Assembly: GCA_021734025.1 (NCBI GenBank)
Contig: JAIPJS010000017.1
Location: 6,165 to 70,164 of the forward strand
Reading direction: 5' to 3'
From: Fidelibacterota bacterium
Lineage (GTDB): Bacteria > Fidelibacterota > JAANXI01
Length of the DNA stretch: 64,000 nt
Part shown: one piece after another, positions 47,085 to 56,817 of the stretch
Layout: each line of letters starts with the position of its first letter
Position numbering within the stretch: position 1 is the first letter of the stretch
Notes under the pieces: generated by a model
Databases searched by the model: none
The model's input: only the letters and a program-made list of their open reading frames with translations
What the model was told of the DNA's origin: nothing
Made by a program: the position numbers and the translations under genes

Positions 47085-48794
47085 ATGGATATCCGGGACA
47101 AACGAATACTCGTACTGGGGGGCTGGGGGCTAGTTGGCAGAGCCATTAGCAAGCGGATTTTGGCGCGGGGACCGGAGCAACTGATAGTGACCTCTCTGCG
47201 GAAACGGGAAACTGAAGAGGTGGTTGAAGCGTTGGAGCCCCGGGCAATGAAATACGGGGCAGAAATCGTCGGAGAATGGGGAGACATCTTCGTCAGAGAT
47301 TCCATGAAAGATGTTGGCCGGGGGGAAATGTATACGGATCAGGAGTTGCGCACCACACTCATCGCGGATATCTACGATGACCTGAGCGAGGATGTGCTGA
47401 CATCCTCAGTCCTTTATCAATTGGTGGAAAAATATCAACCGCACATTATTATTGATTGTATTAATACCGCAACGGCATTTGCGTATCAAAATCTTTTTGA
47501 ACGGGTCGCTCAGATTCGGAACTCCCTGAAATCCACCGGGAGGAGTATTGAAGACGAAGAGCATATTCTTGAGAACGTGGAACAGCTTATTGCATCCCAG
47601 TATATCCCGCAGCTGATTCGTCATATTCAGATTCTCCACGCGGCCATGTGGGAGTTCGACACCGACAGCTATTTGAAAATCGGTACCAGCGGGACCGGCG
47701 GTATGGGACTGAACGTGCCGTTTACCCACAGCGAGGAAAAGCCGTCGAAACTCTTGTTGAGCAAGTCGTCGGTAGCCGGAGCGCATACCATGTTGCTGTT
47801 TCTTATGGCGCGGACGCCGGGCGGTCCGGTGGTGAAGGAGATTAAACCGTCGGCGGCCATCGCCTGGAAGGAGATCGGTTACGGGAAGATTCGGCGGCAC
47901 GGGTCCTATATTCCCATGTACGACTGCAAAGTGGAGGATGCCAAGCGGATGGATGACTATCTGGAGAGGCATCCGGATAAGTACTGGGAGGAAATGGAGG
48001 ACAAAGTTGTAGAGTCAGTCTATATCGATGCCGGGGAAAACGGATATTTTTCCGCCGGCGAATTTTCGGTTATTACCTCTGAAGGGCTCATGGAATTTGT
48101 GACGCCGGAGGAGATCGCGGATAAAACGCTGATGGAAATTGAAGGTGGGAATACCGGCAAAGATGTGGTGGCGGCGCTGGATTCTGCCGTGCTTGATCCG
48201 TCGTATCGCGCCGGTGTCCTGCGGGAAAAGGCCGTGAATAAAATGCAACACCTGGAGGAGGAACACGAAACCCACTCTATCGCCTTCGAACTGTTAGGCC
48301 CTCCGAAAATCACGAAACTCCTGTACGAAATTTACCTGCTGAAGCGGATTACCGGTGACATCAAAAAGATTCCGGATTACGATGCGGAATCGCTCTCCGA
48401 ATCCATGGTCGGGATTATTGACTCTGACGATCATCTCCGTCAGCTTATTTTGTCAGTCGGTACCGGAATCCTGATGCCCAGTGGTAAAGATTTTCTGCGC
48501 GGACCGGATCTCAGTTTTCCGCGATTTGAGGGTGTTAACCTCTACGAGTCGACGCCGGAGAAGGTTGATTTCTGGGCGGACAATGGCTGGCTGGATCTGC
48601 GAGTAAAGAACATGGAGGCCTGGCGGGACAGGATCACCGCCATACTGGAGGAAATGGGGGAGGACAGCGAAGAAGACTACTCATCTGAGTTCTATCATCG
48701 ACACAAATACGAGTTCGACTTCGGCTCCAGTGAGCTGGGCGCTATTGTAAGCTGGATTCTGGATAAGGAAGAGGATGGCGCGCGGATAAAGTAG
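47085..48794 (+). CDS. hypothetical protein with N-terminal Rossmann-like dinucleotide-binding motif (569 aa)
   Basis: N-terminus KRILVLGGWGLVGRAI resembles a GxGxxG NAD(P)-binding loop; remainder unrecognised. Confidence 0.6.
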   Translation: MDIRDKRILVLGGWGLVGRAISKRILARGPEQLIVTSLRKRETEEVVEALEPRAMKYGAEIVGEWGDIFVRDSMKDVGRGEMYTDQELRTTLIADIYDDLSEDVLTSSVLYQLVEKYQPHIIIDCINTATAFAYQNLFERVAQIRNSLKSTGRSIEDEEHILENVEQLIASQYIPQLIRHIQILHAAMWEFDTDSYLKIGTSGTGGMGLNVPFTHSEEKPSKLLLSKSSVAGAHTMLLFLMARTPGGPVVKEIKPSAAIAWKEIGYGKIRRHGSYIPMYDCKVEDAKRMDDYLERHPDKYWEEMEDKVVESVYIDAGENGYFSAGEFSVITSEGLMEFVTPEEIADKTLMEIEGGNTGKDVVAALDSAVLDPSYRAGVLREKAVNKMQHLEEEHETHSIAFELLGPPKITKLLYEIYLLKRITGDIKKIPDYDAESLSESMVGIIDSDDHLRQLILSVGTGILMPSGKDFLRGPDLSFPRFEGVNLYESTPEKVDFWADNGWLDLRVKNMEAWRDRITAILEEMGEDSEEDYSSEFYHRHKYEFDFGSSELGAIVSWILDKEEDGARIK

Positions 48795-48797
48795 AAA

Positions 48798-48817
48798 GGG
48801 GTATAAGGGTATAAGGG
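48798..48817 (+). repeat. G-tract module GGGGTATAAGGGTATAAGGG after stop codon
   Basis: Starts 4 nt after the stop at 48794. Confidence 0.55.
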
Positions 48818-49060
48818 ATTAGTATTACGTACTGCGTATTAGTGTCCAGGTGTTCCACACAAGCGCGTATGAAACCGGAAAAGGGGACAGATTGAATATC
48901 CAACCGACGATTATCCAATGCTCTGCTGCGGCGGAACGGCGAACCAATCCCGAGGACCCCACCCGGTTCTGACCCCTTCTAAAGAATTCAATATCATGAA
49001 TGATGAGTGAAAAAGTGAAGAACGCGGAGAGCGGAAACTGAAGAATCTCGAGCATCTAAA

Positions 49061-49106
49061 CAATAACACGGGAATACCCGAACACTATAACACTATTTTC
49101 AACACT
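49061..49106 (+). repeat. octamer NNRAACAC module upstream of cmk
   Basis: AATAACAC .. CCGAACAC TATAACAC .. TTCAACAC, about 50 bp upstream of the 49157 start. Confidence 0.5.
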
Positions 49107-49156
49107 TGAAATTCGGTTTGCAATCGCAAGGGGAAACTTCTAAATTCCAAAGCTAA

Positions 49157-49852
49157 ATGAGAACAAAACTAACTATAGCAATTGATGGTCCGTCAGGATC
49201 AGGGAAAAGTACCACTGCCCGGCGCAGTGCCGAACGGCTGGATTATACCTATGTCGACACCGGCGCCATGTACCGGGCCATTACGCTACACATTCTCAAC
49301 AACAACGTCCCGATTAAGGATAAATCGCAGGTAGTGAAAGCGGCGGCTGAGGTGCAGATTCAGTTCACCCGGACCGGTGACCGGCTTGAAGTGTTGCTGG
49401 ACGGGAAGAACGTCACCGATGCTATTCGCGAGCCACGGATTGATAAGTCGGTGGGACTTGTAAGTGAGAACCCCGGGGTGCGTGCCATACTGGTGAATTT
49501 ACAGCGATCGCTCGCAAAGGATGGCGGGGTGGTCATGGAAGGACGTGATATCGGTACCCGGGTACTCCCCGATGCCGATCTCAAGTTTTTCATGGATGCC
49601 GACCTCGACATCAGGGCGGAACGCCGGAAATCTCAGTTGGCCGATCAGGGGGTAGATGTAGACAAAGAAACCGTTAAACAAGAACTGGTCAATCGGGATA
49701 CTCGCGATTCCGAGCGCGATGAATCGCCGCTTCGTGCCGCGGAGCACGCTATTCTGATTGATACAACAAACCTTTCCATTGAAGACCAGGTGGACTTAAT
49801 CGTCCAGCGAGCGAGGGAGAAGGAAGCACAGGAGGTTACTCTTCATGAGTGA
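49157..49852 (+). CDS. cmk: cytidylate kinase
   Basis: P-loop IAIDGPSGSGKST and CMP-kinase specific regions. Confidence 0.9.
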   Translation: MRTKLTIAIDGPSGSGKSTTARRSAERLDYTYVDTGAMYRAITLHILNNNVPIKDKSQVVKAAAEVQIQFTRTGDRLEVLLDGKNVTDAIREPRIDKSVGLVSENPGVRAILVNLQRSLAKDGGVVMEGRDIGTRVLPDADLKFFMDADLDIRAERRKSQLADQGVDVDKETVKQELVNRDTRDSERDESPLRAAEHAILIDTTNLSIEDQVDLIVQRAREKEAQEVTLHE

Positions 49853-52088
49853 AGAAGAAAAACAGCAACAAACCCAAGATGAGGAAACACAAGTCGAAGA
49901 AGTAGAAGAAACACAGGAGAAGGCACCTGAAAGTGATGAACAGACGGAGGCAGCAGAAGAACAGGAAACCGCTGCTCCGGAATCCGATGGCAACGGACAA
50001 ACCACTGACTTTGGCATCCTCGATCTTGACGACATTCAGACCATTCCGAAAGACGAGTTAGTCGAAAAGCGTGAAGAGACCGACGAAGAGGAAGAGCAAC
50101 TTCGCTCGCTGCTGTCAGACACGTTAAAGGATATCGGCGAAAACCAGATCACTGAAGGCCGCGTGCTCTCCATTAATGAGCGCGAAGTCGTGGTGGATAT
50201 CGGGTTTAAGGCAGAAGGGCTGATCCCCATTGAAGAATTTGAAGGTGACGATCTGCCAGAGCCGGGAGAAGAAGTCGACGTCTATATCGATTTTCTGGAA
50301 GACGAAGACGGCCAGCTGATTCTCTCCAAGCGCAAAGCTGACTTTATGAAGCAGTGGGAGAAGGTCGCCAATGCCGAAGCCAACGACGAGGAAGTCGAGG
50401 GAACTATTGTCCGCCGCGTGAAGGGTGGTATGATGGTGGACGTCAGCGGCGTCAACTGCTTCCTGCCGGGGTCACAGATCGATGTCCGGCCGATTCAGGA
50501 TTTCGACGCCTACGTTGGGCAGACCTTCAATTTCAAGATCGTCAAAATCAACGAAATGCGGAAAAACGTGGTGCTCTCCCGGAAGGTCATTCTGGAAGAG
50601 AATCTCAAAGAGCGCCGGAAAGAACTCCTCAAGGATATCGAGGTCGGTCAGGTGCTCCAGGGCCGCGTCAAAAATATCACCGACTTCGGCGTGTTCGTTG
50701 ATCTCGGTGGCATAGACGGCTTGATCCATATTACGGATCTCTCCTGGGGCCGTGTGAATCATCCGTCGGAGGTGGCCAATCTGGAAGAAGTTATCGACGT
50801 GATGGTCATCGATTATGACGAAGAGAAACAGCGTGTTTCTCTCGGACTCAAGCAATTGCAGCCGCATCCCTGGGATAGCGTGGAGGAGAAATACCCCGTG
50901 GGTTCCGTTGTCACCGGCAAGGTGGTCAGCATCACCAATTACGGCGCCTTTGTCGAGCTGGAGAAGGGCATCGAAGGGTTGGTGCACATCTCGGAGATTT
51001 CATGGGTGAAACACATCAAGCATCCTTCGGAAGTCTTTTCACTCGGTGAGGAAATCGATGTAAAAGTGCTGGATATCCAGCCGGAAGAGCAGAAAATTTC
51101 TCTGGGCGTCAAACAGTTGGAACCGGATCCCTGGGAAGAGATCGAAAAGAAATTCGAACCGGGATCCATCGTTACCGGTATCGTCCGGAACCTCACCCAG
51201 TTTGGTGCATTTGTTGAACTGGAAGAGGGTATTGATGGGCTGATTCATGTGTCCGACATGTCCTGGACCCGGAAGATCCGGCATCCCAAGGAAATTCTCT
51301 CCAAGAGTGATGAAGTCCAGGTCAAGGTCCTGGATGTCTCCAAGGACGAGCGGAAAATTTCCCTTGGCCTGAAACAGGTGGAAGAGGATCCGTGGCCCAA
51401 GATCAAGGAGAAGTTCAAGATCGGTACAACAACCCAGGGCAAGGTGGAGCGTATCCTGAACAAGGGGATTATCGTGAATCTGGAACTGGATGTGGAAGGT
51501 ATTGTCCCGTTGTCTCATATTCCGAAAAAGGATCGGAAGCAGATGACGCAGAACATCCAGGTCGGTGACGAAATGGAACTGAAGGTTATCGACATCAATG
51601 AGGATGATAAAAAAATCGTACTCTCCCGGGATGAATTCATCCAGGACAAGGACCAGCACGAGGTCGATATGTTTATGAAGACTCAGGGCGGCCAGGCGGC
51701 TGAAAAGATCGAAATTCCGGAAGAAGTCCGGAAAACGATTGAAGAAGGCGAAAGCCAGGCTGAAGAAGAGCCCGAGAGTACCGAAGCCGAGGAAGAAGTG
51801 ACCGAGAAGGCCACTGCCAACGAAGTCGACGAAGGGACAGACGAAGAGGAGGACGCAGCTCAACCAGAATCTGCAGAGGATGACGAAGAAGCAGTGAAGG
51901 CAGAAGAAGCCGAAGAGGCCGACGAAGAGGAAGCGACAGAGGCAAAATCGGAGGCCGACGAAGCAAACGACAAATCGGAGGAGAAAGAAGAAGACGACGT
52001 GGAGGAGGAACCAGAGGACGACGGGGATGCCGAGGATGACGTTGATGAAGATGAGGATGAAGATGAGGATGAGGAGTCGGAGAAATAA
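49845..52088 (+). CDS. rpsA: 30S ribosomal protein S1 with acidic N- and C-terminal extensions
   Basis: Six S1-type OB-fold repeats; Glu/Asp-rich N-terminal segment (about 60 aa) and C-terminal tail (about 100 aa); start overlaps cmk end. Confidence 0.9.
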   Translation: MSEEEKQQQTQDEETQVEEVEETQEKAPESDEQTEAAEEQETAAPESDGNGQTTDFGILDLDDIQTIPKDELVEKREETDEEEEQLRSLLSDTLKDIGENQITEGRVLSINEREVVVDIGFKAEGLIPIEEFEGDDLPEPGEEVDVYIDFLEDEDGQLILSKRKADFMKQWEKVANAEANDEEVEGTIVRRVKGGMMVDVSGVNCFLPGSQIDVRPIQDFDAYVGQTFNFKIVKINEMRKNVVLSRKVILEENLKERRKELLKDIEVGQVLQGRVKNITDFGVFVDLGGIDGLIHITDLSWGRVNHPSEVANLEEVIDVMVIDYDEEKQRVSLGLKQLQPHPWDSVEEKYPVGSVVTGKVVSITNYGAFVELEKGIEGLVHISEISWVKHIKHPSEVFSLGEEIDVKVLDIQPEEQKISLGVKQLEPDPWEEIEKKFEPGSIVTGIVRNLTQFGAFVELEEGIDGLIHVSDMSWTRKIRHPKEILSKSDEVQVKVLDVSKDERKISLGLKQVEEDPWPKIKEKFKIGTTTQGKVERILNKGIIVNLELDVEGIVPLSHIPKKDRKQMTQNIQVGDEMELKVIDINEDDKKIVLSRDEFIQDKDQHEVDMFMKTQGGQAAEKIEIPEEVRKTIEEGESQAEEEPESTEAEEEVTEKATANEVDEGTDEEEDAAQPESAEDDEEAVKAEEAEEADEEEATEAKSEADEANDKSEEKEEDDVEEEPEDDGDAEDDVDEDEDEDEDEESEK

Positions 52089-52143
52089 GTCAGACAAAAA
52101 TACGGAAGTTCGATTACTGTAGTGCGCAAGGAGGTAGATTCCA

Positions 52144-52341
52144 ATGACCGAGCCAGATCGAGAATTTCCAGGCTGCCAACAATGCGGAACCGGAATACTG
52201 GTCCCGCTGTCGGATTACGGACGTGAAGGGGCCAGCATCCTGTATAAAGCGTGGGTCTGTATTAATCCCGAATGCGGATTCAATCTCCGTATTGACAACG
52301 GCGACGTCAGCCGGGGAGAACCTATCAGGCCAAATTCCTGA
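52144..52341 (+). CDS. small zinc-ribbon protein (65 aa)
   Basis: AGGAGG RBS; two C-x2-C pairs (CQQCG .. CINPEC) spaced about 30 residues apart. Confidence 0.5.
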   Translation: MTEPDREFPGCQQCGTGILVPLSDYGREGASILYKAWVCINPECGFNLRIDNGDVSRGEPIRPNS

Positions 52342-52366
52342 CGGCTGTATAAGATAACCACAGATT

Positions 52367-52410
52367 GCAGAGGGGGAATTAAACCTCCTCTGCGTCTGAT
52401 TCTGTTTTCT
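52367..52410 (+). terminator. rho-independent terminator candidate
   Basis: Hairpin GCAGAGGGGG..CCTCCTCTGC followed by T-rich tract, 26 bp after the zinc-ribbon ORF stop. Confidence 0.4.
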
Positions 52411-52541
52411 GGCTGTCCAGCCCCTGAGAGACAGGAGTACAGAATGAATCCCCGTTTTCATCCGAAACCCTGCCCAGTGAGGTCAATTCAGCCGCTCTCA
52501 GGCCAAAATAAGGTTGCCGCAATGATCACCGGGACTGAATC

Positions 52542-53537
52542 ATGAACAACGATACATTCCTGCAGCTGTGGGATAATTTTGTGGAGTTTTTCCGGGTGGA
52601 CCGGGGAGTCAAACTCGGTGCTTTTTTACTGGCTATCCTCCTGTGGGTATATGTGGTAACGGCCAATACTTATGTGTACGAGATGCAGGTCCCGCTGGAA
52701 GTTGTAAACGTCCCGCCAGGCAGGACTATCGCAGAGCAGGTTCCGCAAAAGGTGAAGGCGGAATTCCGGGGCACTGGTATTACGTATTTCAAGACGCGGC
52801 TCTCCCTCGCGTATTCGGACATGGCCTTGCGACTAGACGTCCGCCGGGTGGACAGAGCCGAGCAATTTTATCTTCCACAGTATGTGCGGGATCATCCCGA
52901 TAATTTCATTATTCCCAGGGGATTAAATTTAGAGCTCGTCGATGTGGTTTCCCCCGAACGGATCGAAATATCTCTGGATAAGCGCGCGGTCAAGCGCGTC
53001 AAGGTGATACCCGATATCACTGTTGAGGCAGTTCCGGGGTATACAATAGTGGGGGATGTGTTTATTAATCCGGACAGCGTTATTTTACGGGGCCCGGCGT
53101 CCCGTATTGAGCAAATTGACTCCGTAAATACAGAAACAGTGCGGATTGACAACGCAGACAACAATGTCTCCGGTCAGGCCACAATACGCTTCCCGGAGCC
53201 CGGGCTAATCCACGCAGCAGTTCAATCTGTCCGGTATTCCGCGGAGATCCAGCCAATCAGCGAGCGCCGGATTACGGACATTCCGATACTTGTACAAAAT
53301 GTACCGAGCAACCTGGAGGTGACAACGGCGCCGTCTACGGTCAGTATGACTATAGAAGGCGGTTCGAGTTATATCTATGAGTTACAGCCGCAGGACGTCG
53401 AGGTGTACTTCGATTATGCCGAAGACTGGACACCGACCGTCAACAACTATGCACCAACAGTCGAGATGCCAAAAGGTGTGCTGCGGTACCGAAATATGAC
53501 GCCTGAGCGGGTGGAAGTCACAGTGGTGAGGAAGTAG
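52542..53537 (+). CDS. YbbR-like domain-containing membrane-anchored protein
   Basis: N-terminal TM helix followed by repeated beta-rich YbbR-like segments; family assignment by architecture. Confidence 0.5.
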   Translation: MNNDTFLQLWDNFVEFFRVDRGVKLGAFLLAILLWVYVVTANTYVYEMQVPLEVVNVPPGRTIAEQVPQKVKAEFRGTGITYFKTRLSLAYSDMALRLDVRRVDRAEQFYLPQYVRDHPDNFIIPRGLNLELVDVVSPERIEISLDKRAVKRVKVIPDITVEAVPGYTIVGDVFINPDSVILRGPASRIEQIDSVNTETVRIDNADNNVSGQATIRFPEPGLIHAAVQSVRYSAEIQPISERRITDIPILVQNVPSNLEVTTAPSTVSMTIEGGSSYIYELQPQDVEVYFDYAEDWTPTVNNYAPTVEMPKGVLRYRNMTPERVEVTVVRK

Positions 53538-53541
53538 GAGC

Positions 53542-54576
53542 ATGTCTGACAAGACAGTCGGAACAGTGCTGGGGATAGAAACCTCTTGCGATGAGACTTC
53601 CGTTGGAATTGTTCGTGATGGAAAGGTGTTAAGTAACATTATTGCCTCTCAGCAGGTGCATTCCGAATACGGCGGAGTGGTCCCGGAAATGGCATCCCGG
53701 GAGCATGAGCGATTGTTGGCCCATATTACCAGAGAAGCTTGTGACGACGCGCATCTCCGGTTTACTGACATCGATGGAATAGCTGTCACTGCCGGCCCGG
53801 GTCTTATGGGGTCACTGCTCGTTGGGATTAATTTTGCCAAGGGACTCGTTCTGCGGAACTCGCTTCCATTCATTGGAATAAACCATATCGAAGCCCACCT
53901 GCTGGCCAATTTTATTGAAGCTGAAACTCTGGAATACCCGTTTCTTTGTCTGCTGGTTTCCGGCGGGCACTCGCAGATTATACGCGTGAACGGATACGAC
54001 AAATACGACATTCTGGGGACTACCATGGATGATGCGGCCGGCGAAGCGTTCGATAAGGTGGCGCGGCTGTTAGATTTGGGATATCCGGGAGGACCGTATA
54101 TCCAAAAACAGAGCGAGGGCGGGCAATCCGATAAATACGATTTCCCCAGGGGGTTGCTGGATTCCGGTGATTTGAATTTTTCCTTTTCCGGACTGAAGAC
54201 GGCGGTATTGTACACGGTGAAACCCATGGAGGTGAAAAAGCGGACAGCCGAGCGCCCTCACATCAGCGCCAGCTTTCAGGCGGCAGTAGTGGAGTCTCTG
54301 GTGGCCAAGATGGAAATGGCCATCGAACAGACCGGCATCACCCAGGTGACACTTGCCGGTGGGGTGGCAGCGAATGCGGAGCTGCGGCGTCAAATGGATG
54401 AACTCCGCGACCGACACGGGCTGAATTTGTACTATCCATCTCTGGAATACTGTACCGATAACGGCGCCATGATTGCCTATGCCGGTTGGGAGGGGTTTCG
54501 TCACGACAAATCTTCCGAACTGGATCTCACCGCTACCCCGCGGGTCAGTATATCGTCACCAGTTTTTACCTCCTGA
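53542..54576 (+). CDS. tsaD: tRNA N6-adenosine threonylcarbamoyltransferase
   Basis: Kae1/TsaD signatures (..LGIETSCDETSVGIV.., ..INHIEAHLL.., ..GGVAAN..); AGGAG RBS. Confidence 0.9.
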   Translation: MSDKTVGTVLGIETSCDETSVGIVRDGKVLSNIIASQQVHSEYGGVVPEMASREHERLLAHITREACDDAHLRFTDIDGIAVTAGPGLMGSLLVGINFAKGLVLRNSLPFIGINHIEAHLLANFIEAETLEYPFLCLLVSGGHSQIIRVNGYDKYDILGTTMDDAAGEAFDKVARLLDLGYPGGPYIQKQSEGGQSDKYDFPRGLLDSGDLNFSFSGLKTAVLYTVKPMEVKKRTAERPHISASFQAAVVESLVAKMEMAIEQTGITQVTLAGGVAANAELRRQMDELRDRHGLNLYYPSLEYCTDNGAMIAYAGWEGFRHDKSSELDLTATPRVSISSPVFTS

Positions 54577-56612
54577 TGTTTTCACTGCATACTGTTACTC
54601 TATGGATTACTGTTCCTCTCATTTTGGGAGGACTGTTGTTCTGGTGGTGGTCAACCCGTTACCTATCGAGTGTTACAAATCCCACTGTTGCCGGAATAAT
54701 CCGGGGGATTCGTCTGTTTGCATTGATTGGGATTATACTGTTAGTTGCGGATTTTCGAATTAATTGGGTCACGCATCAAAATATTCCACCAACAATTGCC
54801 GTCTTCGCCGACGATTCGCAAAGTTTGACAGATTTTGAAGGACAGCTCTCCGATTCATTGGAAAAAATTCTGTCTGAAGATGCCGTAGAGGTCCAACTAT
54901 TCCGTTTTTCGGGAGATGTTCAGAAGACGGGTTCACCCAAGGCTTTGGATTTTTCCGGAACCGAAACCAATTTAAGTGCTCCGTTAGAATACCTGAAACG
55001 AGAAGCCGACAACCGGAATTACCAGGCGGCGATTTTACTCAGCGACGGTATCCATAACAGCGGACCAGAACCAACATCAGTTCTGGAGGATTGGCGGCTT
55101 CCGGTGTATACGATGTTTATCGGAGATTCGACGGTTGCGCCGGATATCAGCCTCCAACAATTTACGCTTCCCAAATACGCATATGCCGGGGATTCCGTTA
55201 CCGCCCAATTGAGGCTGGATGTTCAGTCACTCCGAAACGAAGAATCTGTCTCTCTCGTTCTCAGAGACAACAACCAGGAGTTGGCGAGCAGAACCCTGTC
55301 ACTGACGCCAGGGGATTACCAGCGGTCTGATGAGGTGGCACTGCAGTTCGAAGAGCCTGGTGAATATACTGTCTCAGCGGCTGTTGGTACGGTTTCAAAC
55401 GAGACGGATGTGGCCAATAATAGTTCCCGGGAACGCATTACAGTGAAGCCGTCCCGGTACCGGGTGCTGGTGTTAAGCGCAGCGCCGTCAACGGATACGC
55501 GCTTTCTGCTCAACGCTATCGATAATCTTGAGCGGTTCGAGTCCATTCCGATCTTTACATCACTCTCGGTTCCTGATTCGATGCCGGAAGCCCCCGATAT
55601 TATTTATTTGTTGGGCAATTCGCCGGAGTTTCAGTCGTATCTGAGCGAGTGGCAAAACGACCACACGATTACACAGGTTGGTGCGGGCGGGAGAATGTAT
55701 CTTCCCGGCGATTCCGGAGAAGAGAATGTGAACAACTGGCAGGAGCACCAGGTCACGCTCCAGCGATCCTCGGAAAGTCCTCTGCAGTCCCTTCCCTGGG
55801 GACAATCGATATGGGAGCAACTGCCTCCGGTCTGGATCCCGGCGGCATCAGAAATCGGGAAAATACGCGGGACCACGATTTTAAAATCTGTCGATGGGAA
55901 TAATTCTGTAATAACCATGGATGTGGATGGCACCGGACGAACTATTCGTGTCTATGCAAGAGAACTCTGGCGGTGGTCGTTTGCGAACCGGGATGCTGAA
56001 GAAAGTATCGAAGTACTCCCTGAGAAGCCGTATTCCAGGGTGATGGAACAGGTTTTTTACTGGTTGCTGCAGGATACGGAGTTTCAGCGATTGCAGGTAG
56101 AGTTGGACACCGATTCAAGAAACGTGATCCGGGCGACGGCTCAAGTATATTCCCGGGCACTGGAGGTTGCGGAAGTCGCGAGGGTATGGGGTGAAGTGAT
56201 CGATTCGACAGGACAAACCATCCGGCGGCAGCCGTTTACCCGGGATGGAAATACTTTTACTTTTCAGTCGAAGGTGACTTCGCCGGGGGAGTATCGGCTC
56301 AGGGCTATTGCTCATCTGACAGACGATACGCTGCGTTCCGTAGCCGGACCGGTTCGGATGGAGGATGTAGAGTATGAGTTATTGAATCGCCAGGGGCGCC
56401 CCGGTTTGCTGAAACAGATTAGTCAGCGATCTGGCGGCAAGCTCTTGGAAAATATTGCGGAGTTACCGGCGGAGGAGTTCGCGGGCCGCCCGTACACACA
56501 GCAATCAGAGCACCATTCCTTTGCATTGCGCAGGGCGTTTTGGGTGTGGATTTTACTCGTCATTCTGCTGGGCATAGACTGGTGGATCCGCCGGCGGAGC
56601 GGGATTCTGTGA
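54576..56612 (+). CDS. hypothetical membrane protein with N-terminal double TM segment and C-terminal TM anchor (about 678 aa)
   Basis: ATG overlaps tsaD stop (TGATG); two N-terminal hydrophobic helices, large soluble middle, C-terminal helix then RRRSGIL; supplied ORF extends further upstream in the same frame. Confidence 0.55.
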   Translation: MFSLHTVTLWITVPLILGGLLFWWWSTRYLSSVTNPTVAGIIRGIRLFALIGIILLVADFRINWVTHQNIPPTIAVFADDSQSLTDFEGQLSDSLEKILSEDAVEVQLFRFSGDVQKTGSPKALDFSGTETNLSAPLEYLKREADNRNYQAAILLSDGIHNSGPEPTSVLEDWRLPVYTMFIGDSTVAPDISLQQFTLPKYAYAGDSVTAQLRLDVQSLRNEESVSLVLRDNNQELASRTLSLTPGDYQRSDEVALQFEEPGEYTVSAAVGTVSNETDVANNSSRERITVKPSRYRVLVLSAAPSTDTRFLLNAIDNLERFESIPIFTSLSVPDSMPEAPDIIYLLGNSPEFQSYLSEWQNDHTITQVGAGGRMYLPGDSGEENVNNWQEHQVTLQRSSESPLQSLPWGQSIWEQLPPVWIPAASEIGKIRGTTILKSVDGNNSVITMDVDGTGRTIRVYARELWRWSFANRDAEESIEVLPEKPYSRVMEQVFYWLLQDTEFQRLQVELDTDSRNVIRATAQVYSRALEVAEVARVWGEVIDSTGQTIRRQPFTRDGNTFTFQSKVTSPGEYRLRAIAHLTDDTLRSVAGPVRMEDVEYELLNRQGRPGLLKQISQRSGGKLLENIAELPAEEFAGRPYTQQSEHHSFALRRAFWVWILLVILLGIDWWIRRRSGIL

Positions 56613-56617
56613 AAAAA

Positions 56618-56657
56618 GGGTATAAAGGTATACGGGTATAGGGTATAAGTAATAGGG
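56618..56657 (+). repeat. G-tract module (GGGTATAAAGGTATACGGGTATAGGGTATAAGTAATAGGG) after stop codon
   Basis: Four GGG tracts at 56618, 56634, 56641, 56655, starting 6 nt after the stop. Confidence 0.6.
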
Positions 56658-56817
56658 AATAAGGTAGTCGCCCGCTTCAAGTCCGCGAGGCGGATTTAAT
56701 CAGGGGAGACGCCGGAGAAAAGCAGAAAGGAACAGATTGAATATCCATTTCGCCGCGGTAGAGAAAAAGTGAAAAAACCAAACGAGAAACGGAAGGCACT
56801 CGATTCATGACGTTTTT

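Noticed and set aside
51039-52097. 352-aa minus-strand ORF
   Set aside because: Antisense to the acidic C-terminal tail of rpsA; open frame is a by-product of GAA/GAG-rich coding sequence
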